A DNA stretch of 61,389 bases from an uncultured Burkholderiales bacterium (GTDB lineage: Bacteria > Vulcanimicrobiota > Xenobia > Xenobiales > QWHO01): NCBI GenBank assembly GCA_964637145.1, contig CAZWUN010000002.1:1-61389 (forward strand), given 5' to 3'. Positions 25,705-34,186 of the stretch are shown here, in pieces. Position 1 is the first letter of the stretch; every line of letters starts with the position of its first letter. Both the position numbers and the translations under genes were made by a program. The notes under the pieces are model-generated. The model did no database searches. It was not told where the DNA came from and was given only the letters and a program-made list of their open reading frames with translations.

Positions 25705-28209
25705 ATGCACATTCTCGCTCAGAGCGCGGCCCGCACCCTGAGCTGGTTCGGGCCTCAGCGAGCCAGCTCGGTTGAGAGTCCCGACAGCGTGGTGCTGGGA
25801 GAAGAGCGCGCCACCGAGCCCAGGACCCTGGCCCCGGCCTGGGTGGCCGAGACGCCTCCCGTCCCGGCGCCGGCCCCCGAAGGCCGGGTTGCCATGGCTT
25901 TCCTGACCGGGCTTCGCCGCCAACTCATCGAGGGGAGCGCCACCCTGGACAAGCCCATGCAGGCGGAGCTGGCCAGGCAGGCCCACGGCCAGGGGCATCC
26001 CCTGGCTGCCCGCCTGGCCCGAGTGCTGCTCGACGACCACGCCCACTACGATTCCGCCCTGGAGATGTGGGTGGCCGAAGCGGGCGATCCGGTGGCCTAC
26101 CTCGAGGGACTGCACGAGAGGATGAGTGAAGACCGAGCCCGGCCTGAGGGGGCCTTCCCTCTCCACCTCGACGTCTGGGATCAGTTTCTCGATCACCTGA
26201 AGGAACGGCCCATGACGCCCACCGCTCTGCGCACTCTGGTGCACCTGTGGACCGGGCTCGAGGACCGCGCTCGGCTCCAGTTCGACAGCGATACGCGGGC
26301 CCAGGAGCCGGCCGAGGCCGACCTCAAAATGGCCGCGCGCTGCCGCGCCCAGGTGGAGGCCTGGGTGGGAAGCGGTCAGGCCCGGGTGGTGGGGGGCACC
26401 CTGGACCAGGTCAAGCTGGGCGCAGCTATCTCCGACAACCGGATCGAAGTCCATCCCAGCCCGCTGGATATCGCCCGCCTGGATCCGGCCGACCCCGATC
26501 CCACGGCTCGTCTGATCGCCGAGGGTCGCCTCGGACGCGACGGCGGCGCTCTGGCCTCGGCCCTGGGCGAGCTCATCAAGCAGCATCCCCGGCTCGAGGA
26601 GGGCGGTTATGTGAGCCGCAACCTGATCCCGCTGCTCCTTGCCGACCATGTCGGACCCAGCTACGCGGCCCGGTCGGCCCTGAGCAACCTGTTCGAGCGG
26701 CGCGCCGATCTGATGAGCCCGGTGCTGCAAACTCTCTGCCTGCAGCACCGCGGCGTTTATCTGCCCGAGCCGTTGGAGAAGACGGTCCAGTATGCCGGTC
26801 TCAAGCTCGGCTGGCGCCCCGATACCCCCGAGCAGGTTGCCTGGCTGGCCGGCAAGCTTTTCCAGTCGCGGGGCGGGCAGGAGGGCGACCACTTGATGCG
26901 CAGCTCCAGTGAGTTCACCCTGGCCGTTCAGCTTCTGAAGGATTGTCCCGCAGAGCTGCTGGCCACTCTCCCCCTTCCAACCAGCTTGCCCGAGGCTGCT
27001 CTCGACCATCTGCTCGAGGTCGGCAACGACGACCGGCTGCTCGACCTTTGGAACGGGGAGTTTGACCACGCCTGGCTGGTGGGCGAGCGGGGAGAATCGC
27101 TCCTGGCCGGGTTGGAGACGGCCTACCGGCAGGCCGGCAGCCTGGAGGATCTGCCCCCGCGCGCCCGGGCCACTCTGGCCATCTTGCACCAGGATCCGAC
27201 CAACCGGCCGCGGCTCTACGCCCTGCTCGAAGGAGACCTGGAGAGGCAGCCTGAGCACCGGGCCACCCGCCGGATGGTGGATGCGGCCCGCCTGCACGCC
27301 CTGGAGCAGGGACCCCAGCGACTGGGCCAGCTCTCCGGCTCCGAGCGTGGCCGCGAGCTCGAGCGCCTGTTGCGGATCAACTCCTTGCTGGGCGAGGAGG
27401 TGCCCGGATCGGGTCTGATGGAGCCTTACGAGAACCAGCTGGCCTCGGAGCGCTCGGCCCCCCTCCTGGCGGCCCTCGATCCGGCCGAGCGAAGCGCCCT
27501 GGGCGGGCCTGCCCTGGCTCGCTTCGAAGAGAGCTACCGCCAGGCCGGCTCGCTGGAGGAGCTGGGTCCCGAGGCCCGGGCCTCGCTCAGCCTGCTCGCT
27601 AACCTCTGGACGGAGCAGCCACAGCTCTCCCAGAAGCTGCTGAGCCTGCTCCGACCCGAGCTGGAAAGCGGCGCTGCCGGCGTGCCAGACGAGCTGGAAG
27701 CTCTCATCGATGGCTACGTGGCCGAAGAGACCGCTCGCGCGGTAGGCGGCTTTGCCGGCCAGGATCTGCCCGAGCGAGTGGCCAGCTACCAGACCGGCCT
27801 GAAGCTCGCCCGGGCCTCCTCCGATCGAAGAGACCTCGAGCGGACCCTCCGGGATGGGTTCTGTGCCCAGGCGGCGGCCCACCCGGTGCTCTCGAAGCTG
27901 GTCGATCCCGACGAGCTGGATGCCTCGCTGGAGGTGCTTCACGAGCTGATCCAGGACCCGGACGGCTGGGCCAGCGGGGCAGAGCGCTACCTGGAGCTGA
28001 CCGGCAAGCTCCCCGAGGACGGCATGGGGGTTTACCAGCAAGCCCGCGAGCTGCGCGGCCAGGGGATGCCCTGGGAGGCGGCCCGGGAGCTGGCTCTGCG
28101 GCGCCACCTGAAGGTGCCCGACCGCTCGCCTGGCGCGGCCGTCGAGCTTTCCCCGGGCAAGGTCACGGTGGGGGGCGTGGTGGTTCGCGAGCGTCGGCGC
28201 AACAGCTGA
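25705..28209 (+). CDS. large hypothetical protein (834 aa) with VTVGGVVVRERRR C-terminal tail
   Basis: GC3 bias and an acidic, helical composition favour the plus frame over the 849-aa antisense ORF. An internal duplication is visible (YRQAGSLEDLPPRARA / YRQAGSLEELGPEARA). I recognise no domain. Confidence 0.75.
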   Translation: MHILAQSAARTLSWFGPQRASSVESPDSVVLGEERATEPRTLAPAWVAETPPVPAPAPEGRVAMAFLTGLRRQLIEGSATLDKPMQAELARQAHGQGHPLAARLARVLLDDHAHYDSALEMWVAEAGDPVAYLEGLHERMSEDRARPEGAFPLHLDVWDQFLDHLKERPMTPTALRTLVHLWTGLEDRARLQFDSDTRAQEPAEADLKMAARCRAQVEAWVGSGQARVVGGTLDQVKLGAAISDNRIEVHPSPLDIARLDPADPDPTARLIAEGRLGRDGGALASALGELIKQHPRLEEGGYVSRNLIPLLLADHVGPSYAARSALSNLFERRADLMSPVLQTLCLQHRGVYLPEPLEKTVQYAGLKLGWRPDTPEQVAWLAGKLFQSRGGQEGDHLMRSSSEFTLAVQLLKDCPAELLATLPLPTSLPEAALDHLLEVGNDDRLLDLWNGEFDHAWLVGERGESLLAGLETAYRQAGSLEDLPPRARATLAILHQDPTNRPRLYALLEGDLERQPEHRATRRMVDAARLHALEQGPQRLGQLSGSERGRELERLLRINSLLGEEVPGSGLMEPYENQLASERSAPLLAALDPAERSALGGPALARFEESYRQAGSLEELGPEARASLSLLANLWTEQPQLSQKLLSLLRPELESGAAGVPDELEALIDGYVAEETARAVGGFAGQDLPERVASYQTGLKLARASSDRRDLERTLRDGFCAQAAAHPVLSKLVDPDELDASLEVLHELIQDPDGWASGAERYLELTGKLPEDGMGVYQQARELRGQGMPWEAARELALRRHLKVPDRSPGAAVELSPGKVTVGGVVVRERRRNS

Positions 28210-28225
28210 TCCGATGGAGGTCCCC

Positions 28226-29458
28226 ATGATCGACGAGTTGGAACGCCGCCTGGTTGCCTACTGCAGCCTCGACACCCCCAGCGATCCGGACACCCCGGAT
28301 GAGCAGATCCCGAGCAGCGACTGCCAGTGGGCCCTGCTCCGACTGCTGCAGACCGAGCTCGAGCAGATGGGCGCTCGCGAGGTGGAGCTGACTGAGCGCG
28401 GCTACCTGATGGCCACCGTGCCGGGCAACCGGCAGGGTCCTGTCATCGCCCTGTGCGCCCACGTGGACACCAGCTCTCAGTTCCGGGCCGTGGGGGTGAA
28501 ACCCCGGGTTCACCGACGCTGGGACGGCACTCCCATCGAGCTGGGAGAACACGTGCTGCGGGCCGAGGATTCCCCCTACCTGAGCTCGCGCCAGGGCCAC
28601 GACCTGGTTACGGCCAGCGGCGATTCCTTGCTCGGGGCGGACGACAAGGCGGGTATCGCTATCGCCATGACCACCGCCGGCCACCTGCTCGCGCACCCGG
28701 AGATCGCGCGAGGGGACGTGCGCCTGTGCTTTTCGCCCGACGAGGAGATCGGGCGGGGGGCCGGCCAGCTTCCCCTGGACAAGCTCAGGGCGGACGCGGC
28801 CTACACGCTGGATGCCTGCGAGGTGGGCGAGCTCTGCTACGAGACCTTTTCGGCCGACAGGGCGGTGATCACGATCACCGGCGTCTCGATTCATCCAGGC
28901 TTTGCCAAAGACAAGCTGGTCAACGCCCTGCACACGGCCGCCGACATCCTCAATGCCCTGCCGCGCGAGCTCACTCCCGAGGGGACCGAGGGGCGCCAGG
29001 GCTTCCTGCACGCCACCAGCCTGCAGGGCACCGCTCACCAGGCCACGCTGAGCTTCATCCTGCGCGACTTCGAGCTGGAGGGGCTGGAGGCTCATCGCGA
29101 GCTGTTGCGTCGGGCCTGTCGCGAGGTTCCTACCCGCTGTCAGGTCGAGCTCGAGTTCAAGGAGCAGTATCGCAACATGCGCTATCGCCTCGAGCAGGAC
29201 ATGCGGCCCGTGGAACTGGCCGCCGAAGCCTATCGGCGCTGTGGGATCGAGCCCCGCTTCGTGGCCTTTCGGGGGGGCACGGACGGGTCCATCCTGACCG
29301 CCAGAGGGCTGCCCACGCCCAACCTGTTCTGCGGCATGCAGAACTTCCACGGACCGCTGGAGTGGGTCAGCTTGCAGGACATGGCCCGGGGAGTCGAGGT
29401 CTGCCTGGAGCTGGTCCGATCGTGGGGCGAGCCTCAGGCCTCGACCAGCGGGCCGTAA
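28226..29458 (+). CDS. pepT: peptidase T (tripeptide aminopeptidase, M20B)
   Basis: GGAGG lies 5 nt before the ATG at 28226. MIDELERRLVAYCSLDTPS matches the PepT N-terminus pattern. Also AHVDTS, DDKAG and FRGGTDGS. Confidence 0.92.
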   Translation: MIDELERRLVAYCSLDTPSDPDTPDEQIPSSDCQWALLRLLQTELEQMGAREVELTERGYLMATVPGNRQGPVIALCAHVDTSSQFRAVGVKPRVHRRWDGTPIELGEHVLRAEDSPYLSSRQGHDLVTASGDSLLGADDKAGIAIAMTTAGHLLAHPEIARGDVRLCFSPDEEIGRGAGQLPLDKLRADAAYTLDACEVGELCYETFSADRAVITITGVSIHPGFAKDKLVNALHTAADILNALPRELTPEGTEGRQGFLHATSLQGTAHQATLSFILRDFELEGLEAHRELLRRACREVPTRCQVELEFKEQYRNMRYRLEQDMRPVELAAEAYRRCGIEPRFVAFRGGTDGSILTARGLPTPNLFCGMQNFHGPLEWVSLQDMARGVEVCLELVRSWGEPQASTSGP

Positions 29459-30300
29459 GCGTCCGGACGGCGATCACGGAAGAACTGCCAGGTGCGGCGC
29501 ACTTCCTCGATCATGTCCAGATCGAGCGTGGCCACCACCAGCTCGTCCTGATCCTCGCTGCCGCAGGCGATGATCTGCCCGCGCGGATTCACGAAATAGG
29601 AGCTGCCATAGAACTTGCCGATGTTCCAGGGGGCCTCGGTACCGACCCGGTTGATGGCCCCCACGAAATATCCGTTGGCCACCGCGTGGGCGGGTTGCTC
29701 GAGCTTCCACAGATGCTGCGAGAGCCCGGCCACGGTGGCGGAGGGGTTGTAGACGATCTCCGCCCCCGCCAGGCCGAGCGCCCGAGCGCCTTCGGGGAAG
29801 TGACGATCGTAGCAGATGTAGACGCCGATGGTCGCGTAGCGGGTCTTGAAGACCGGGTAGCCGAGGTTGCCCGGGCGAAAGAAGTACTTCTCCCAGAACC
29901 CGCTGGTCTGAGGGATGTGCGTCTTGCGATACTTCCCGAGATACGAGCCGTCCGCGTCGATGACGGCGGCGGTGTTGTAGTAGACGCCGGCCTGCTCGCG
30001 CTCGTAGACGGGGACGATCATCACCATGTCATACTGGCGCGCGATGGGCGCGAGTCGCTCGACGGTGGGCCCCGGGACAGGCTCGGCGGCGTCATACCAG
30101 CGCTTGTCCTGCCCCGGGCAGAAGTAGGGGCCGTTGAAGATCTCCTGCAGACACAGGATCTGAACGCCCTGCTTGCCGGCGTCGTGAATCATCGGCAGGT
30201 GCTTGTCGAGCATGGCCGCCTGAACTTCGGCGACCGGACGAGTCTCGTCGTTGATCGGGTTGGAGGCCTGGATGAGGCCGGAAAGGACCGTGCGCGCCAT
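29434..30300 (-). CDS. carbon-nitrogen hydrolase (nitrilase superfamily; beta-ureidopropionase / N-carbamoyl amidase-like)
   Basis: ATG at 30300 inside the 680-aa ORF 29434..31476. The E-K-C triad context is LQEIF, YRKTHIP, ICYDRHFPE. Confidence 0.88.
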   Translation of the reverse strand: MARTVLSGLIQASNPINDETRPVAEVQAAMLDKHLPMIHDAGKQGVQILCLQEIFNGPYFCPGQDKRWYDAAEPVPGPTVERLAPIARQYDMVMIVPVYEREQAGVYYNTAAVIDADGSYLGKYRKTHIPQTSGFWEKYFFRPGNLGYPVFKTRYATIGVYICYDRHFPEGARALGLAGAEIVYNPSATVAGLSQHLWKLEQPAHAVANGYFVGAINRVGTEAPWNIGKFYGSSYFVNPRGQIIACGSEDQDELVVATLDLDMIEEVRRTWQFFRDRRPDAYGPLVEA

Positions 30301-30361
30301 GGATTTGCTCCTCGACCTGGTGTGTGCAACGGCCTTCGTTCGTTCGCAGGTCTCTCCTCCG

Positions 30362-30616
30362 TTAGTCCGGGCCGGAGTGAGCTTCAGCCGCCATAGTTCT
30401 CCTTGAGTCCCTCGACCAGCTCCTGACAGCCCTTCTCTCGGCGGGGCTGTCCCAGGGGCGGGTGCAGTCGGAGAGCTCCTCCTGCAAACGCTCCCGGCGC
30501 TGGAGCTCCTGGGCCTCTTCGCGCTGCTCCTCGCGCAGTCTCTCCAGCTCCAACTGGCGCGGGTTCTGCGGGACGCAGGTCTGATTCTGGGGGATGGAAA
30601 TGCTCCCGATATCCAT
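30362..30616 (-). CDS. small charged coiled-coil hypothetical protein (84 aa as given)
   Basis: GGGAGG lies 9 nt upstream of the ATG at 30616. GC3 bias is good for about the first 55 codons, then it moves to another frame (see findings). Confidence 0.4.
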   Translation of the reverse strand: MDIGSISIPQNQTCVPQNPRQLELERLREEQREEAQELQRRERLQEELSDCTRPWDSPAERRAVRSWSRDSRRTMAAEAHSGPD

Positions 30617-30804
30617 CTGGATGGACCTCCCTGCGTTGATGATCCCATCCTGACTTCGGAAGCTGGCGCCGATCTGAAATCGTGTGAACGAGTTCGGAGC
30701 TTTTTCAGAGCCTCCGGATAAGGTGGAGGCATGCTGCCATCCGTCCAGGAGATGAAGAACGTTTCCCCATTGACCCTGCTTGCCAGGAGAGGAGATTTTG
30801 TGCC

Positions 30805-31365
30805 GTGCATCTCATGCCTCTGAGCGCCTCGAGCGCGCCACCAGAGCCCACCAGCCGGGAGCGTTTGAACAGCACCATCACGCATTTTCAGGCGCTGGTG
30901 GACCAGTGGGAGCCCGAGATCAAGACCGACCTGGAGAACTGCGAGAAATGGCGTTCGTCCGCCCTGAAGAATGATAAGCTGGCTGGTTGGGGCCTGAAGG
31001 GAGCCGTGGCCGGGGGCGTCCTGGCCATGGTCGGGGCGGGCGTATCGCTGGCCATGGGTCTCGGGACCCACGGCGTCTTTCCGGGGCTGGGGGTCTTCCT
31101 GGTGGGGATCACCGTCTGCCAGGTCGCCTGCATGCGCCGGGACAGCGCTCAGATGGAATATCAGATGACCTTTCCCAGCGTGAAGCACCGTCAGGAGCTG
31201 TTGAAGACTCGGGCCTATCCGCAGCTTGAGCAGGCCCGCGCGGCCCTGCTCAAGCAGGATACCGAGGAAATGACCGCCCTGGCGGATGGGCTCCGCCAGG
31301 TCGGCAACATCATGGAGACCAAAGACTCCCTGGTGGTGGGGGGAACCCTGATTCGCAAGCGCTGA
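30805..31365 (+). CDS. TM-hairpin hypothetical protein with DSLVVGGTLIRKR C-terminal tail
   Basis: AGGAGAGGAG lies upstream. The start is GTG 30805 or ATG 30814. A Gly/Ala-rich double hydrophobic segment sits mid-protein. Confidence 0.65.
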   Translation: MHLMPLSASSAPPEPTSRERLNSTITHFQALVDQWEPEIKTDLENCEKWRSSALKNDKLAGWGLKGAVAGGVLAMVGAGVSLAMGLGTHGVFPGLGVFLVGITVCQVACMRRDSAQMEYQMTFPSVKHRQELLKTRAYPQLEQARAALLKQDTEEMTALADGLRQVGNIMETKDSLVVGGTLIRKR

Positions 31366-31393
31366 AGTCAGGTGCAAGAGGGGGCAGACCACC

Positions 31394-32185
31394 TCACGGG
31401 TGGGGGCTTTGAGACACGGGCATCGCGCCTTCCCAGCGCCGGGGCACCACCACTCCACCCACGATGAGCGAATCACCTCGAGTTTCCAGGCTCGTTGATT
31501 CAGGCCCGTCCGTCAGCCTGGCCACTTCGCTCAGCTCCTGGATTGTCTGGCCCAGAGCCTCCCGGGCGGCTGGCTCCAGGAGGGGCTGGTGGAGCAGGTC
31601 CGCGATCAGTTCGTCGACCGTCTGGCCGGGCAGGCTCTGGAACCGCCGCTGCAGGGCGCCGATCTGGCGGGCCGTCTCCAGCGAGCCCTCGGCCACCAGG
31701 CGGGCTTCCCGAGCACACAGGCCCTCGAGCAGCGTCTCGCGACCGAGGACTGGTCGCTGAGGGAGGGCGCCTGCGGCGGACTGGCCACGCTCGATAGCCT
31801 GGATCAATCTCTGGCAGCCCTCGCGCTCACTTCCCTGTCGGTGCCAGCGGACCAGCAGCACGGCCGAGGTCGCCGCCCCCACGGCCCCCACCAGGGTGAG
31901 CGGCCAGAAGCCATAGCCCAGGCCGCAGCCGGCCACACCCAGGCCGAGAAGTCCGGTCCACAGGGGCAGAGTCTGATGATCAGGGCTTCGCTCCGGGATG
32001 GCCTCCATGCGCTCGGCAGCTGCGCAGTGCATAGAGTAGAGATCTTCGCCAGGCGCCTGGCTGAGGGTCAACCGGTCGGTCTCAGCCTGGCGGGCGCCCT
32101 CCAGGTCACCTTGCACGACCAGGGCTGTGCGGCGAGCCTGCAGGGCCTCGCAAACGGTCTGGCGGGAGGGGGAATGAATGTTCAT
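31394..32185 (-). CDS. TM-hairpin hypothetical protein with DSLIVGGVVVPRR C-terminal tail
   Basis: 263-aa ORF with a Gly-rich double hydrophobic segment (LWTGLLGLGVAGCGLGYGFWPLTLVGAVGAATSAVLLV). Convergent with 30805..31365. Confidence 0.65.
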   Translation of the reverse strand: MNIHSPSRQTVCEALQARRTALVVQGDLEGARQAETDRLTLSQAPGEDLYSMHCAAAERMEAIPERSPDHQTLPLWTGLLGLGVAGCGLGYGFWPLTLVGAVGAATSAVLLVRWHRQGSEREGCQRLIQAIERGQSAAGALPQRPVLGRETLLEGLCAREARLVAEGSLETARQIGALQRRFQSLPGQTVDELIADLLHQPLLEPAAREALGQTIQELSEVARLTDGPESTSLETRGDSLIVGGVVVPRRWEGAMPVSQSPHP

Positions 32186-32342
32186 GGCCCTTTCAGGCTA
32201 GGGCTTCCAGCGCAGGCCAAAGTTACACCGCCGCGCTAGATTGTGAACTTCACGCCCGGTCAGGCAAGGCCATTTTCGTGACGAGCGCATTGGACCCGGC
32301 TGCTCCGGGAGGAGGGCCCCAGCCGTGCCGGAAAGCGCATGA

Positions 32343-34121
32343 ATGAGCCCCGAGGCCTGGACTGTCTTGCTGGTCGTGTTCGCGGCCGTGGTGCTTTTCG
32401 TTTCCGAGCGCCTGGCCGTGGAGCTGGTAGCCCTGCTGGTATTGTGCGTCCTGCTCCTGAGCGGCATTCTGACCCCCGGCGAAGGCCTGGCCGGATTCAG
32501 CAACGAGGCCACCCTGACCGTGGGCGCGATGTTCGTGCTCAGCGCCGCTCTGTTCAAGACGGGCGCTGTCGATCGGGTCGGCGTCTGGCTGGCCCGTCAG
32601 CTCAAGAAGGGCTACTATCTTGGCCTTCTCTCCATGATGGGCTCGGTGGCCGTTCTATCGGCCTTCATCAACAACACAGCTGCCGTGGCCGTCTTCCTGC
32701 CCCTGGTGCTGGGCGCTGCCCGGCAGTCCGGGATCAGCCCCTCGCGCCTTCTGATGCCCCTCTCCTTCGCTTCGATGTTCGGCGGGTGCTGCACGCTGAT
32801 CGGCACCTCGACCAACATCCTGGTCAGCTCGCTGGCCGAGCAGCACGGCCAGCGCCCCTTCGGGATGTTCGAGTTCTCGGGAGTGGGGCTGATTCTGGCC
32901 GGGGCCGGCACGCTCTACATGCTGACGGTGGGGCAGCGCCTGATCCCTCAGCGGCGCCCCGCCGAAACGGAGCTGACCAGTGCCTATGCCATGGCCGACT
33001 ACCTGGTCGACCTGGTGCTGCTCCCCGATGGCCCCTCGGTAGGCAAGACGGTGGCGCGCTCGACCCTGGTGCGCAACCTGGACCTCGACATTCTCAGCCT
33101 GCAACGCGACGGTCGTCGCATGACGGTGGCTGCCGACACGGTGTTGCAGGCTCAGGATATCTTGCGGGTGCGTTGCTCGATCGAAGACCTCCGCAAACTG
33201 CAGGACCTGGAGGGAGTGGCTCTCTACGAGCAGCTGCAGTGGCCGGATCACGAGTTCGAATCGGACGAATTGACGCTGGTGGAAGCGGTGGTTGCACCAT
33301 CCTCCAATCTTGTCGGTCTGTCGCTGCGCGAGTCGCACTTTCGCAACGAGTTCGGGGGTACCGTGCTGGCCATCCGCCAGCGCGGTCGCCTGCTGCGGCA
33401 GAAACTTTCGGCCGTCTCGCTCAAGTCGGGAGACGTGCTGTTGATCGAGTTACGGCGTGAGTCGCTGCCGCACTTGCAGGGCAGCCGGGCTTTCGTGGTG
33501 CTGAGCGAGGTGGCCGACCCGGGCCTGCGCCGCCACAAGCTCTGGCCCGCGGTGCTGGTCGTGGGCGGGGTGGTGGTCACCGCCTCGCTCAACTTGCTTC
33601 CAATGGTCGTCGCGGCACTGGTTGGGGCGGTGGCTCTCCTCCTGCTGGGTTGCCTGGACACCGAGGATGTCTATCGAGCCATCGAGTGGAAGGTGCTCTT
33701 CCTGCTCGCTGGCGTGCTCTCGCTCGGGGTGGCCATGGAGAAGACCGGAGCCGCCAGGGCCCTGGCCAGCTTGCTGGTCACAAAGCTCGGCGCTCTGTCC
33801 CCCTGGCTCTTGTTGGCTGGTTTCTACCTGGCCACAACCCTTCTGACCGAGACCATGTCCAACAACGCCACCGCGGTCTTGATGGCCCCGATTGCCATCG
33901 CGGCCTCCGAGCAGGTGGGAATCGATCCTCGACCGCTGCTGGTGGCCGTGACCGTGGCGGCTTCGGCCAGCTTCATGACCCCGGTCGGCTACCAGACCAA
34001 CACGCTGATCTACGGTCCCGGCCAGTACACCTTCGGCGACTTCTTGCGGGTAGGCACTCCACTCAATCTGCTGTGTTGGGTGGTGGCCACGCTGTCGATT
34101 CCCTGGTTTTTCCCGTTTTGA
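32343..34121 (+). CDS. SLC13/DASS-type permease with two internal TrkA-C (RCK_C) domains
   Basis: Multi-TM N- and C-terminal halves flank two soluble domains of about 80 aa. The typical N-terminus is W.VL.V....L.VSE....E.VAL. Confidence 0.88.
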   Translation: MSPEAWTVLLVVFAAVVLFVSERLAVELVALLVLCVLLLSGILTPGEGLAGFSNEATLTVGAMFVLSAALFKTGAVDRVGVWLARQLKKGYYLGLLSMMGSVAVLSAFINNTAAVAVFLPLVLGAARQSGISPSRLLMPLSFASMFGGCCTLIGTSTNILVSSLAEQHGQRPFGMFEFSGVGLILAGAGTLYMLTVGQRLIPQRRPAETELTSAYAMADYLVDLVLLPDGPSVGKTVARSTLVRNLDLDILSLQRDGRRMTVAADTVLQAQDILRVRCSIEDLRKLQDLEGVALYEQLQWPDHEFESDELTLVEAVVAPSSNLVGLSLRESHFRNEFGGTVLAIRQRGRLLRQKLSAVSLKSGDVLLIELRRESLPHLQGSRAFVVLSEVADPGLRRHKLWPAVLVVGGVVVTASLNLLPMVVAALVGAVALLLLGCLDTEDVYRAIEWKVLFLLAGVLSLGVAMEKTGAARALASLLVTKLGALSPWLLLAGFYLATTLLTETMSNNATAVLMAPIAIAASEQVGIDPRPLLVAVTVAASASFMTPVGYQTNTLIYGPGQYTFGDFLRVGTPLNLLCWVVATLSIPWFFPF

Positions 34122-34186
34122 GGGCGGCCTTCATTCAATCTTTCCCAGCAACAGATCCTGGCGAAACTGTCTGGTATACTTCTACC

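Noticed and set aside
25678-28227. 849-aa minus-strand ORF covering the same span as the 834-aa plus-strand ORF
   Set aside because: Its translation is Gly/Leu/Gln/Pro-rich, typical of an antisense shadow ORF in high-GC DNA. The plus frame has the GC3 bias and a normal acidic/helical composition.
28453-30396. 647-aa plus-strand ORF spanning pepT and the C-N hydrolase
   Set aside because: It is out of frame with pepT and antisense to the hydrolase. The translation is an Arg/Gly/Pro-rich shadow.
29434-31476. Single 680-aa ORF on the minus strand
   Set aside because: Only the last 288 codons (from the ATG at 30300) look like a C-N hydrolase. The upstream part crosses a likely intergenic region and is antisense to the 30805..31365 gene.
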